A stretch of 41,598 nucleotides of DNA from a virus. Its lineage: Duplodnaviria; Caudoviricetes. The stretch covers positions 1 to 41,598 of IMG/VR virus record IMGVR_UViG_3300008954_000101; one strand, given 5' to 3'. The notes under the pieces are model-generated. The model searched no databases, had not been told where the DNA came from, and saw only the letters and a list, made by a program, of their open reading frames with translations. Of the stretch, positions 28,330 through 36,412 are shown piece by piece. The number at the start of each line of letters is the position of its first letter. Position 1 is the first letter of the stretch. Position numbers and translations under genes: made by a program.

Positions 28330-28434
28330 CTAATTGAGGACTTTTGCTGCAAGTCCTATAACGAGGGCGTCATTTGGATTGTCGAGGTTGAGCCCTAAAA
28401 CCCCTGCTAGATATTGTAGTTTGTTCATTTCCAT
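28330..28434 (-). CDS. 34-aa microprotein cassette
   Basis: MEMNKLQYLAGVLGLNLDNPNDALVIGLAAKVLN; promoter at 28456; T-run after the stop. Confidence 0.6.
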   Translation of the reverse strand: MEMNKLQYLAGVLGLNLDNPNDALVIGLAAKVLN

Positions 28435-28490
28435 CTAAGTTACGTATTGTTTTAATTTAAATGTTTAAATAAAGTATTCACTTACAGATA

Positions 28491-28691
28491 GTGGAAATGA
28501 TCCAAGAAGATTTAGAACTTGAGGTAGATGAACTCATCAAACTCAAGGAAAAAAACAGAGCGTTTGCTCCTTTGGTCAATAATATTGAGGCTATGGGTCG
28601 TGCTGTCTTTGAGGCAAATAGACAGATGGAAAAAGCAGACGCAGAATTTGTCAAGGCTATGAAACTCGTCAGAGAGTTACTTGTAGTCTAA
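28491..28691 (+). CDS. 66-aa coiled-coil protein, the only credible plus-strand gene
   Basis: Divergent from the palindromic promoter; GTGGAAATG start; T-run after the stop. Confidence 0.75.
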   Translation: MEMIQEDLELEVDELIKLKEKNRAFAPLVNNIEAMGRAVFEANRQMEKADAEFVKAMKLVRELLVV

Positions 28692-28697
28692 TTTTTT

Positions 28698-30374
28698 TTA
28701 TATTATTTCTATTTTCGTTGTCTTAACGCCTGCTGTAGCCTTTGGAATGAATTTGCCTCTCCAGACTATGCCTGCAGGGTCAGAGACCACCCATGTAAAT
28801 GCAATACCGTCCAACTCTCCAAGGATTAAGCCAGTAGGGACTACAAAGCACTCTCCAGTATCGCACTCTGTATCCATTCTCCTAGGTGCTCCTGCGTTAA
28901 TAGAGACTGCTGTAATTTGTCCAGTTTCAATAAAGTGGATAATTTCAGGATCCTTTAGATGGACTAGCATTTGTGATTCCTTGCGTATAGGGTCAAACTC
29001 TGCGTCTAATACTTGACTGTCTACTTTGTAGTCTAATCCTAAGTGATTAATGTCAGTTGATTTGCCAATACCTGTTCTAGTTAATTGCATTAATTCCTCT
29101 CCCTTGAGTAATCGTCTGTAAGGTTCTCCCTCGGATCTGTGGTCTGTGATTGTCTCTGCACTGGCTCTGACTAGGATAAACTTGCCTCCAATGGATTTGT
29201 CTAACTCTCCAATTTTGGCTAGGTAATCATCTGTAAACCAATTAAATTGACCGTGTAATTCTACTAGGGTCTCCTTGATTTCTTTCATAGGGTTAGTCTT
29301 TCTAGTTCTCTTTGATAATTTTCCATCTTGGAATATTGTGTGAAGTTTGCCTGCTTTGGCTCTCTGACCTATTTTTCTGTGGATTGAATGGACGTGCTTT
29401 TTCTCTATGGCATTTAGTACGTCTAATTTGGTAGGCACTGCCATGCGTTTTGTTTCGTCCTCAGGATTGTCCACTGGCTCAAAGTAGCATTTGCAGTTTG
29501 GGTGTACGTTGGTATAGCCCTTACCCTCTGACGGTGGGACAGGTCTCTGCTTTTGTGCCAAGTCATAGATTTTTCCCTCAAAGGATTCGCAAATATCACA
29601 GTCCTCGTCTCCAGTTCGAGTGTATTTGCCAAACTGTGAGACGGTACTAGGTGGGGTGTTTACCTGTTGGATCTCTTTGTATGGATCATGTGGGTCTTTT
29701 TCCTTTTTGTATTTGCCAGTTACCTCGTCACGGGCTTTGGGTTCTTCTTTGGTTATAGGCTGAGGCTGCTCGATTCTTAGCCAGTAACACTTACAGTTTA
29801 TTGCCGTGTTGGTAAATTGCGTGTCCTCACTTGGAGGAATTGGTCTAAAAGATGGGATACTCAAATCAATAATTTTACCGTCAAAAGCCTCACAGAGAAT
29901 ATCGTCTTTGTGTGGATAACGTACATACTTGGCATATTCGTGCTCTGTCTCCTGCGTGTAGTGAGGTGGCAGATCATGGATTTTATCCTGTTTACCGTGG
30001 TTTTCGTACCCTCTAGGAGCCCCTACGTTTCCACTCCAGCCCTCCTCATTAGTCATGGCAGGCTCTGAGTCTACCTTTGCTCCAGTGGCTACGTAGTTCT
30101 TTTTGTGTTGATCATCATGTGGGTAATTATCCAAAGTCTCTGTAATATCTAACTCAGTCTCCTCTCCAAATACGTACATGGTGGCACCTTGAGCCCTTTG
30201 AGTATCTGCCCATGCCTCTGCAGAGAGTCTGTCCTCAAACCATTTCCAGACGGTTAGGTTGTCTCCATTTTTTCCCATTGGGTCATATTCACAGACGTTA
30301 AAGCCTACTGGAGGTGTGCATGATTCTCGCTCCTGCTCTGCTGCTTTGAATAGTCCCGTACTCATTCCATACAC
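28698..30374 (-). CDS. Prohead protease fused to two MuF-like Cys motifs
   Basis: C-terminal DINH...VLDAEFD...ITAVSI (assemblin-fold H/D/S pattern); CDIC..FEGKIYDL...PP...HPNCKC plus a degenerate second copy. Confidence 0.75.
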   Translation of the reverse strand: MYGMSTGLFKAAEQERESCTPPVGFNVCEYDPMGKNGDNLTVWKWFEDRLSAEAWADTQRAQGATMYVFGEETELDITETLDNYPHDDQHKKNYVATGAKVDSEPAMTNEEGWSGNVGAPRGYENHGKQDKIHDLPPHYTQETEHEYAKYVRYPHKDDILCEAFDGKIIDLSIPSFRPIPPSEDTQFTNTAINCKCYWLRIEQPQPITKEEPKARDEVTGKYKKEKDPHDPYKEIQQVNTPPSTVSQFGKYTRTGDEDCDICESFEGKIYDLAQKQRPVPPSEGKGYTNVHPNCKCYFEPVDNPEDETKRMAVPTKLDVLNAIEKKHVHSIHRKIGQRAKAGKLHTIFQDGKLSKRTRKTNPMKEIKETLVELHGQFNWFTDDYLAKIGELDKSIGGKFILVRASAETITDHRSEGEPYRRLLKGEELMQLTRTGIGKSTDINHLGLDYKVDSQVLDAEFDPIRKESQMLVHLKDPEIIHFIETGQITAVSINAGAPRRMDTECDTGECFVVPTGLILGELDGIAFTWVVSDPAGIVWRGKFIPKATAGVKTTKIEII

Positions 30375-31453
30375 CCTATGCTAGTTCTTACGACGTCAGG
30401 ACATGGAGGAGGAATGGCTGCAGTATTGCCAAGGTCTAACTCTCGATAATAGTCAGAGTGTGCCTCAGTGTATTCCTTGAAAGTTGTCTTATTATCTAAA
30501 ATGATTCTACCTGTCTCTGTATTTTTGTCAGGCTTGTATGTGTTGTCGTGGCAATAATCAGCCCATTTCTTTTGTTTTTCTGTCTTAAATTGTAATTCTG
30601 CGACGGTGCCGTCTCCCATTACTAACTCCTCATGGATTGCTCTGTAGCCGTCCTTAGGTGCAGTGTTAAAGTCCTCCATTTTATCAGGATCTGTATTAGA
30701 CACACTGGCTGCCCTATTGCGTGCAGTGGCTACGTCGTCCAAATTATTGACTACTATCATGTATCCAGAAATATCTCCCATTTTTGAGGGGCTATCATAT
30801 TTTGTTTTTCTGCCCATTTTTTCCAATGTTTTGAATCTAGTCTTAACTCTGTTTAATACGATTGCTCCCTCTATTCCTGCGACTGCCTGCTCCAGTTGAG
30901 GTGCCAAGGCGTCCATGTTTTTCTGATGTTTGCGTCTCTCAATGTCTACTAGCCATGCGTTTTTTATCATCTGCTCCTCGTCCATTTCAGGATATAGTTC
31001 TAAGACTCTGTATGCTGTGGCTCTATGGTAATCGTTAGGTTCTGGAGTGTCTCTGATTTCGTCTTTGTTTGTAACGTCGTCGCCTAACTCATCATAGGCT
31101 GCATACTCCTGACGTTTTGCTGCAAAGTATTCCTGCTTACGTCTCCATACTTTAGTTTGCGATAATTGCTCCTCTCCAGATTCCTCACTGGATCCTCCTG
31201 CAGCAGAACCCTTAACCCATTCTCCGCCCTTTGAAGATCCTGCAGGGACTCTCTGTCTGTCGTTCTCGTCAAAGACTTGAGCCTCCTGAATTGTATCTGG
31301 GTAGAATCGCTCTACTCCTACTAAAACATCATTCTCAAAAATATAATTAATCATCTGTGTAGCGTTCTCAGGTTCTACGACTTGTTGTTTATCATTGAGG
31401 AATATTTGCTCATTCGCCAAAATGTGTGCCCTCCATGCCTCGTAATGTTTCAA
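30362..31453 (-). CDS. RelA/SpoT-family nucleotidyltransferase (small alarmone synthetase-like) domain protein
   Basis: RVKT..T.EK..RK, DISG, DF..APKDGYRAIH, ELQFKT..Q..WA...H...YK; likely TTG start at 31420. Confidence 0.85.
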   Translation of the reverse strand: MKHYEAWRAHILANEQIFLNDKQQVVEPENATQMINYIFENDVLVGVERFYPDTIQEAQVFDENDRQRVPAGSSKGGEWVKGSAAGGSSEESGEEQLSQTKVWRRKQEYFAAKRQEYAAYDELGDDVTNKDEIRDTPEPNDYHRATAYRVLELYPEMDEEQMIKNAWLVDIERRKHQKNMDALAPQLEQAVAGIEGAIVLNRVKTRFKTLEKMGRKTKYDSPSKMGDISGYMIVVNNLDDVATARNRAASVSNTDPDKMEDFNTAPKDGYRAIHEELVMGDGTVAELQFKTEKQKKWADYCHDNTYKPDKNTETGRIILDNKTTFKEYTEAHSDYYRELDLGNTAAIPPPCPDVVRTSIGCME

Positions 31454-33077
31454 AGGATTTTAACAGTTTAGGATAGTCTCTTTTGAGTCTGTCATACTTA
31501 GGGATAAAACCCTCTCCGTCAAAGGGTTTGCCTCCGATTCTCCTGTCCATCTGATGTTCTGCCAGTGCTGCAAATAATTCAGTCTCCATATTATTACCAT
31601 AACCTCTCTGATATTTGCCCTGCTTTTTATCGGATCTACGCTGCTTTGCATACTTTGAGAAATAGTCAGTAATGTCCTCAGATTTCTTGACTGATCTACT
31701 GAGTTTGGCTGCCTCCTCATGGAAAGTTCCCATAGCAGTTTTTGTTTTATCATTTATAATCATGTTATCATATTGACCGTGAGCCAGTTCGTGAGCCATT
31801 GTACCCTGAACGGATTTATGCCTGTCGTCACTTGCATTGAAAACATTTACAGTTTCATCATTTTTATTCCATGAGGCACCTCTGCGGTAGAGAGTTCTAC
31901 CTACTTTGAATGTAGCCTCACTCCTCCCAGCGTGTATTTTTATTTTTAATTTAGGTGTGACTCCTGACCCGTCATTCATGTGAGGTGCTGCAGCACGTAC
32001 TTGAGACGTGATCTGATGGACTATGTGGGAATGTAGTGAGTCTTTTTCGACATAAAATGAGGCTCTAGGGATACTGGATACAACTAGGTTTTTTTGTTGC
32101 CATTCGAGTTCTTTTTGCTCGAATTTCAGTCTGCGTAACTCATTCTCATCTCCTGAGATTTGTCCCTTAGTTCCTGTGAGTTTATTTCTCTCCTTGACTA
32201 ATTTTATTGCCTTATCCCATTCCTCCTCAGGTACGTCTGTGTAAAAATGGTCGTTACCATTTGCCTTATCTGCAGTGTATGGGGTATTGTCTTTAATGTA
32301 ATTTTTAATATTTTCAGGTTCTGAACCTCTGAGAAAAATAGCGTCTCCTACTAATTTTCTAAAGTTTCTGTCGTATTGGTATTCCATATCGTCAAGTGCC
32401 TCTCTGTTTGCAGCAGATTTATTATTCCATTCCTCCTCGTTAAACTCTCGCTCCTTGATTTCTGTGTCTATTGCCCTCCATGCTGCGTGATCTGTGACTT
32501 TTTGGTTATGGTAATCAATCCAGTTTTTGTTAGATAGTTCCTGATCTCTGCCTATCCATACTCCCTCTCCATGGGCTAACTCATAGTCACGCTTAGTCTC
32601 AGATATTATTTTATTTTTGATTTCTGGCTTTGTGTTATAATCTATGAAAGTTCTCATGCGTTTTTGATAACTGTCTATTTCAGCGTCTATTTCCTGATCA
32701 AAGTCATTTTTACGGTCAGAATCGCCAACGGAGGCAGATTCGCCCTTTTTGATAAAACGTCCTCCCTTACTGCCTGCAGCCCCTTTAGGTGCTCTGGGGT
32801 GTTTTGAATCATCATAGGTTTCCTGAGTGCGTGGCAGCCAAATCTCCTGCACTGGGCAATATGTGTCGCATGGGACAAATTCGTCCAAGTGTGGTTCGTG
32901 AGGATATGGCTCTCCATTTACTGCGGTTAATTCATCATTAGGAAATTTGGTAGAGTCAGTGTTTAGATATAATGTGTCGATTTTCTCAGTAAGGTCTAAG
33001 CCCTCTATTTTGAGCGGAGGATTATCAACACTATTGCTAGTGCTAATCTCTTTAGTTTTATTACAGCCACAGGTCAT
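31410..33077 (-). CDS. Head-module protein with C-terminal zincin metallopeptidase
   Basis: TMAHELAHG...SKYA...ETELFA; N-terminal YDDSKHPR..G...GGRF motif. Confidence 0.75.
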   Translation of the reverse strand: MTCGCNKTKEISTSNSVDNPPLKIEGLDLTEKIDTLYLNTDSTKFPNDELTAVNGEPYPHEPHLDEFVPCDTYCPVQEIWLPRTQETYDDSKHPRAPKGAAGSKGGRFIKKGESASVGDSDRKNDFDQEIDAEIDSYQKRMRTFIDYNTKPEIKNKIISETKRDYELAHGEGVWIGRDQELSNKNWIDYHNQKVTDHAAWRAIDTEIKEREFNEEEWNNKSAANREALDDMEYQYDRNFRKLVGDAIFLRGSEPENIKNYIKDNTPYTADKANGNDHFYTDVPEEEWDKAIKLVKERNKLTGTKGQISGDENELRRLKFEQKELEWQQKNLVVSSIPRASFYVEKDSLHSHIVHQITSQVRAAAPHMNDGSGVTPKLKIKIHAGRSEATFKVGRTLYRRGASWNKNDETVNVFNASDDRHKSVQGTMAHELAHGQYDNMIINDKTKTAMGTFHEEAAKLSRSVKKSEDITDYFSKYAKQRRSDKKQGKYQRGYGNNMETELFAALAEHQMDRRIGGKPFDGEGFIPKYDRLKRDYPKLLKSFETLRGMEGTHFGE

Positions 33078-33078
33078 T

Positions 33079-34881
33079 TTATCCTAAGTTTTCAGTTGCG
33101 TCTAGTAATGCGTTTACATCTGATAACTTGAGATTTTTGAATTTAGGGATTTTCTTATCCTTTAGATTTGCTGGGTTTTGTGACGGTTGTTTTGCCAGTT
33201 TTGCAGGGAGTGATTTGTCTACTTTGGAGCGTCCTGCTATCTTTGTCTCTGTCCAGTTGAGTTGTGGATTTGATGGCTGAGGGTCATAAGAGTTAGTTAC
33301 GTCAGGGCTGGCGTCCATTGACTGCTGAGGTTCTGAGTCTCTGTTAGATGAGGTATAGTCAGCACTGTCCATAGGTCTAGGTGTTTGGTCTGCAGCGTAT
33401 GTGCTAAACTCTGGCTGCATTGGCATTGGAGGTGGTTGTGGCATACCTCCCATGGCAGGATTATACTGCTGCTGCATTTGATCAGTCATTTCCTGTCTAA
33501 GGTTGAGTCCTGCGTCCTCGATTAATTGTCTCATTTCTACTGGATCCTGTACGGCTCCTGTCTGTATTGCTAGTTCTAATAGTTTGATTTGCTGTTCTGA
33601 GTCAATATCTGTTTTAATCTCACTACCAAAACTAATCTCTGGATTTGCCTCCTCCCATGGTACTGCGACCATACCTCCGCCATATCCTGCAGCAAAGCCA
33701 TACATATCGACTGAGTTGTCTAATGCTCCACCTGTAGCGTCATACCATGGCTGGAATAGTTGGTTCTGTAATTGTCTAGTTATAGCCAATGGGAAACTAG
33801 CAAGTCCTATCTCTGTCTGGGCTGATGATTCCTCAGCGTTTGCGTATTGATGGGATTCCTCCTGTCCCTGCTTACCTGTGAAAGTCTGCAGACCTTTGAG
33901 GATCTCTCCTTGAACCATATCTGTGAACATTGTAGGGTCAAAAGCCCGTGCTGCTGTGCCAAGTTCTTGAACTTCTACTTTGTTTCCCACAACAATATCC
34001 TCTCCAGTGTCAAGGCTAGCGAGGTCTGAGGATAGTTGAGAACGTTCAGCAGTTGAGGCGTTCTGTGCGACGTAGACATTGTGTGGGGTGTATCGTCTCT
34101 CAGTCAGGTGCATTGTCATGGCAGTAGAGTATTTCCTATCCATAAGGCTAGGGAGTTTCTTTTGCACTGTACCTGACGGAGTAATTTCCTCAAAGTCTCT
34201 AGTAGAGGTTAATGCTACCATTACTCCTGTACCAAACATTGAGGCGTTAATTGGATTCCACAAAAAGTGCATAATGTCTGCAGCATTGTGGTAGCCCTGA
34301 TATTCAGAGCCTCTAAATTCAAATTTGTAAGGTTGTCTTTGTCTGTCCCACCATATACGGACAGCAGATGAAATAGGGATATTCATTAAATCGTCTTTAT
34401 TTCTGATATTGTTAATTCCTAAACGTGGTTTCCAAAAACTATTCCCATAGGTAATTACTTCTTTTACTAGGATAGTGTCAATCCAGTCAAAGTCTATGTC
34501 TTTGGAGAATTGTGACATTTTGTCCTGCACTGCCTCTATTTCTGATTTCCAGTAGTGGGCTCCTCCTGTAATTTTAGATGATAAATCATTGACTGCTAGG
34601 GCTACGTCCTCATCTCTCTCTGCGTAATAGGCTTGAACAGAAAAAGGGACTGTAGGGGTATCGAATGTTCTTGAGGTATAACCCTCTCTGGAATACGACC
34701 CTACAGTTGAGAGTTCTGCTCCAAACACAGGCTGGGAGAATCCCTGCTCATGTGACATGGCTGCAGCGTATTGGATTGAGTTTACGTTCAAGTGCTGGTT
34801 TTGTAAGCGTCCAGTATTGACTTGGTTTCCTCCAGAGATAATATCTCCTAGTCCTCTACGTAGTCTCGAACCGAATCCCAT
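33079..34881 (-). CDS. Portal protein
   Basis: 600 aa downstream of TerL; VITYGNSFW, DIMHF......FG.G motifs. Confidence 0.85.
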   Translation of the reverse strand: MGFGSRLRRGLGDIISGGNQVNTGRLQNQHLNVNSIQYAAAMSHEQGFSQPVFGAELSTVGSYSREGYTSRTFDTPTVPFSVQAYYAERDEDVALAVNDLSSKITGGAHYWKSEIEAVQDKMSQFSKDIDFDWIDTILVKEVITYGNSFWKPRLGINNIRNKDDLMNIPISSAVRIWWDRQRQPYKFEFRGSEYQGYHNAADIMHFLWNPINASMFGTGVMVALTSTRDFEEITPSGTVQKKLPSLMDRKYSTAMTMHLTERRYTPHNVYVAQNASTAERSQLSSDLASLDTGEDIVVGNKVEVQELGTAARAFDPTMFTDMVQGEILKGLQTFTGKQGQEESHQYANAEESSAQTEIGLASFPLAITRQLQNQLFQPWYDATGGALDNSVDMYGFAAGYGGGMVAVPWEEANPEISFGSEIKTDIDSEQQIKLLELAIQTGAVQDPVEMRQLIEDAGLNLRQEMTDQMQQQYNPAMGGMPQPPPMPMQPEFSTYAADQTPRPMDSADYTSSNRDSEPQQSMDASPDVTNSYDPQPSNPQLNWTETKIAGRSKVDKSLPAKLAKQPSQNPANLKDKKIPKFKNLKLSDVNALLDATENLG

Positions 34882-34912
34882 GATAATTTAGGGCATTATC
34901 TCGATAAAAGTG

Positions 34913-35122
34913 TCAATCATTGTAAATCTCGATCATATTCCTGACGTTACTCTCCTTGAGGTATTTGCCGCCAGTGCCTCTCTTTGGTCTATTCTTATAA
35001 AATTCAGGGTGTACGATATTAGCACAGTCAAAACATAACTGCCATTCAGTCCAGTTGTGGGCGTATGGGTTTTTAGTAATTTTCTTACAGCCAGTGTGAT
35101 ACCTATAACCAATACAACGCAA
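34913..35122 (-). CDS. Zn-finger protein
   Basis: MRC...C...WQLCFDC; resembles 35178-35315. Confidence 0.55.
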   Translation of the reverse strand: MRCIGYRYHTGCKKITKNPYAHNWTEWQLCFDCANIVHPEFYKNRPKRGTGGKYLKESNVRNMIEIYND

Positions 35123-35177
35123 ACGCTTACGGTTAAAACTTAGCGAAGTATGTACGAATATAGTTATCTATTAACGA

Positions 35178-35439
35178 TTATTGACTATTTGCGTGCTTCC
35201 TGCCTCCGCCTGTCAAGCCTAGATAATGACACCTAGCACACTGACCGTGGATCCAACAGTGTTTAAACTTGGTTTTGCTGTGGAGGTTTGTTTTGGTACA
35301 AGTCTTACATCTCATAACTACAGTCGCCCTCATGGTCTTTAGTGAGCAGGCACCTAAGAGTATATGGATTGTCTCTTTGCCAAATTGTCATAACGTTCAC
35401 ACATCTATGTCTGATATGGTTAGGGTTTTGGGTATTCAT
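35178..35439 (-). CDS. Two Cys/His microproteins (35305-35439, 44 aa; 35178-35315, 45 aa)
   Basis: CLL..DHEGDC and MRCKTC...GQCARCH (manual translation). Confidence 0.55.
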
Positions 35440-35493
35440 AGTCCTCTATGTCTACAAGTCCTAAAGAATCGCATACATTAATAAAATTGACAT

Positions 35494-36033
35494 TCATACT
35501 AATTTCACTTTATGTTTGAGATTATTTCTGTTATAATTATCTAATGCTTTTGCTATGATAAATTTCTCATGTGGATTAGGTTTCCTGTGACCGTCCATGT
35601 TATTCTGTTTGAACATATCCTCAGTTTTGTTAAGGTGTGGTATGTCTGGCATATCCTCTAGTTTATGGACTACAACGTCCTCAAAGCCGTCAAATTTTGA
35701 TAAGTGATATTCAAAGTCTACTCTATTGCAGGGATTTTCATTACCGTATTGAATGGAGGGTTTGTCAATTTCCAAGAATTTCTCTAAGGTGTGGTTTTTG
35801 TGGTATCCAAAGAACCAATACATTGACCATATAGCGTCCACGGGATTTCTTACTATTACTACAGGAAAGTGCGTATCTCTGAACGGTTCGTAAGTTGGCA
35901 GACAATTAACTGACGTAATGTCCTCAGTGGTATGGATAGTTGAGACCCAGTCTGGATATTTGTTGGTATACCATTTGATTATAGAATTAATGCCACATTT
36001 CTGAAAGCCCATGATATAGGGGGATCTATTCAT
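35494..36033 (-). CDS. Sulfotransferase-like P-loop protein
   Basis: IMGFQKCGINS (5'-PSB) and VIVRNPVDAIWSMY (3'-PB). Confidence 0.75.
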   Translation of the reverse strand: MNRSPYIMGFQKCGINSIIKWYTNKYPDWVSTIHTTEDITSVNCLPTYEPFRDTHFPVVIVRNPVDAIWSMYWFFGYHKNHTLEKFLEIDKPSIQYGNENPCNRVDFEYHLSKFDGFEDVVVHKLEDMPDIPHLNKTEDMFKQNNMDGHRKPNPHEKFIIAKALDNYNRNNLKHKVKLV

Positions 36034-36388
36034 TGAATCCGTCCTCATATTTGTGATAGTCAGGTCTTTTAGTAAATTTGTTGCCCTTATTCTCCCATGG
36101 AAAATCATCATATTGTTGCATATCTGATAGTTTAAGGAATATAGGATCTGTGTCTTTCCATTCTTTTTCTATAAAGTCAAGGTCTGTAATGTGGGTTTTA
36201 TGTGAAGTAATGAAAATAGGTCTGCGGTCTCCCCATAGTTGTGCATACATGGCAGGAGTTCTCTGTCTATAGGCTGTCTCGTTTCTGATTACATCATAGC
36301 CCTTTTGAACCATAAATCGCTCAAGTGAGCAAGTCCCATTATGTGCTACTCCCATTATGATATATTTCTTGGATTTATCGAGATCCAT
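36026..36388 (-). CDS. Short sulfotransferase-like protein
   Basis: IIMGVAHNGTCSL; lacks a clear 3'-PB motif. Confidence 0.5.
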   Translation of the reverse strand: MDLDKSKKYIIMGVAHNGTCSLERFMVQKGYDVIRNETAYRQRTPAMYAQLWGDRRPIFITSHKTHITDLDFIEKEWKDTDPIFLKLSDMQQYDDFPWENKGNKFTKRPDYHKYEDGFNE

Positions 36389-36412
36389 GGTTTAACTATT
36401 TAATTTCCCTAT

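Larger units (their letters stand above)
24891..28469 (-). promoter_or_regulatory. Repeated class-I (early-type) promoter, palindromic TTAAAYRTTTAA
   Basis: Copies at 24891, 25762, 26294, 27014, 27335, 28090, 28311, 28456; also 9231 and 39144. Confidence 0.8.
8922..34914 (-). promoter_or_regulatory. Dispersed class-II (late-type) promoter RACWCTTTTA, 11 copies
   Basis: Copies at 8922, 10924, 15867, 16643, 16859, 18741, 19057, 19358, 21220, 21955, 34905; mostly 22-23 nt before an ATG. Confidence 0.8.

Noticed and set aside
24891-28469. CRISPR array or integron attC interpretation of the repeats
   Set aside because: The repeats are degenerate, irregularly spaced by whole genes and positioned as TATA promoters. 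No cas or integrase gene is present.
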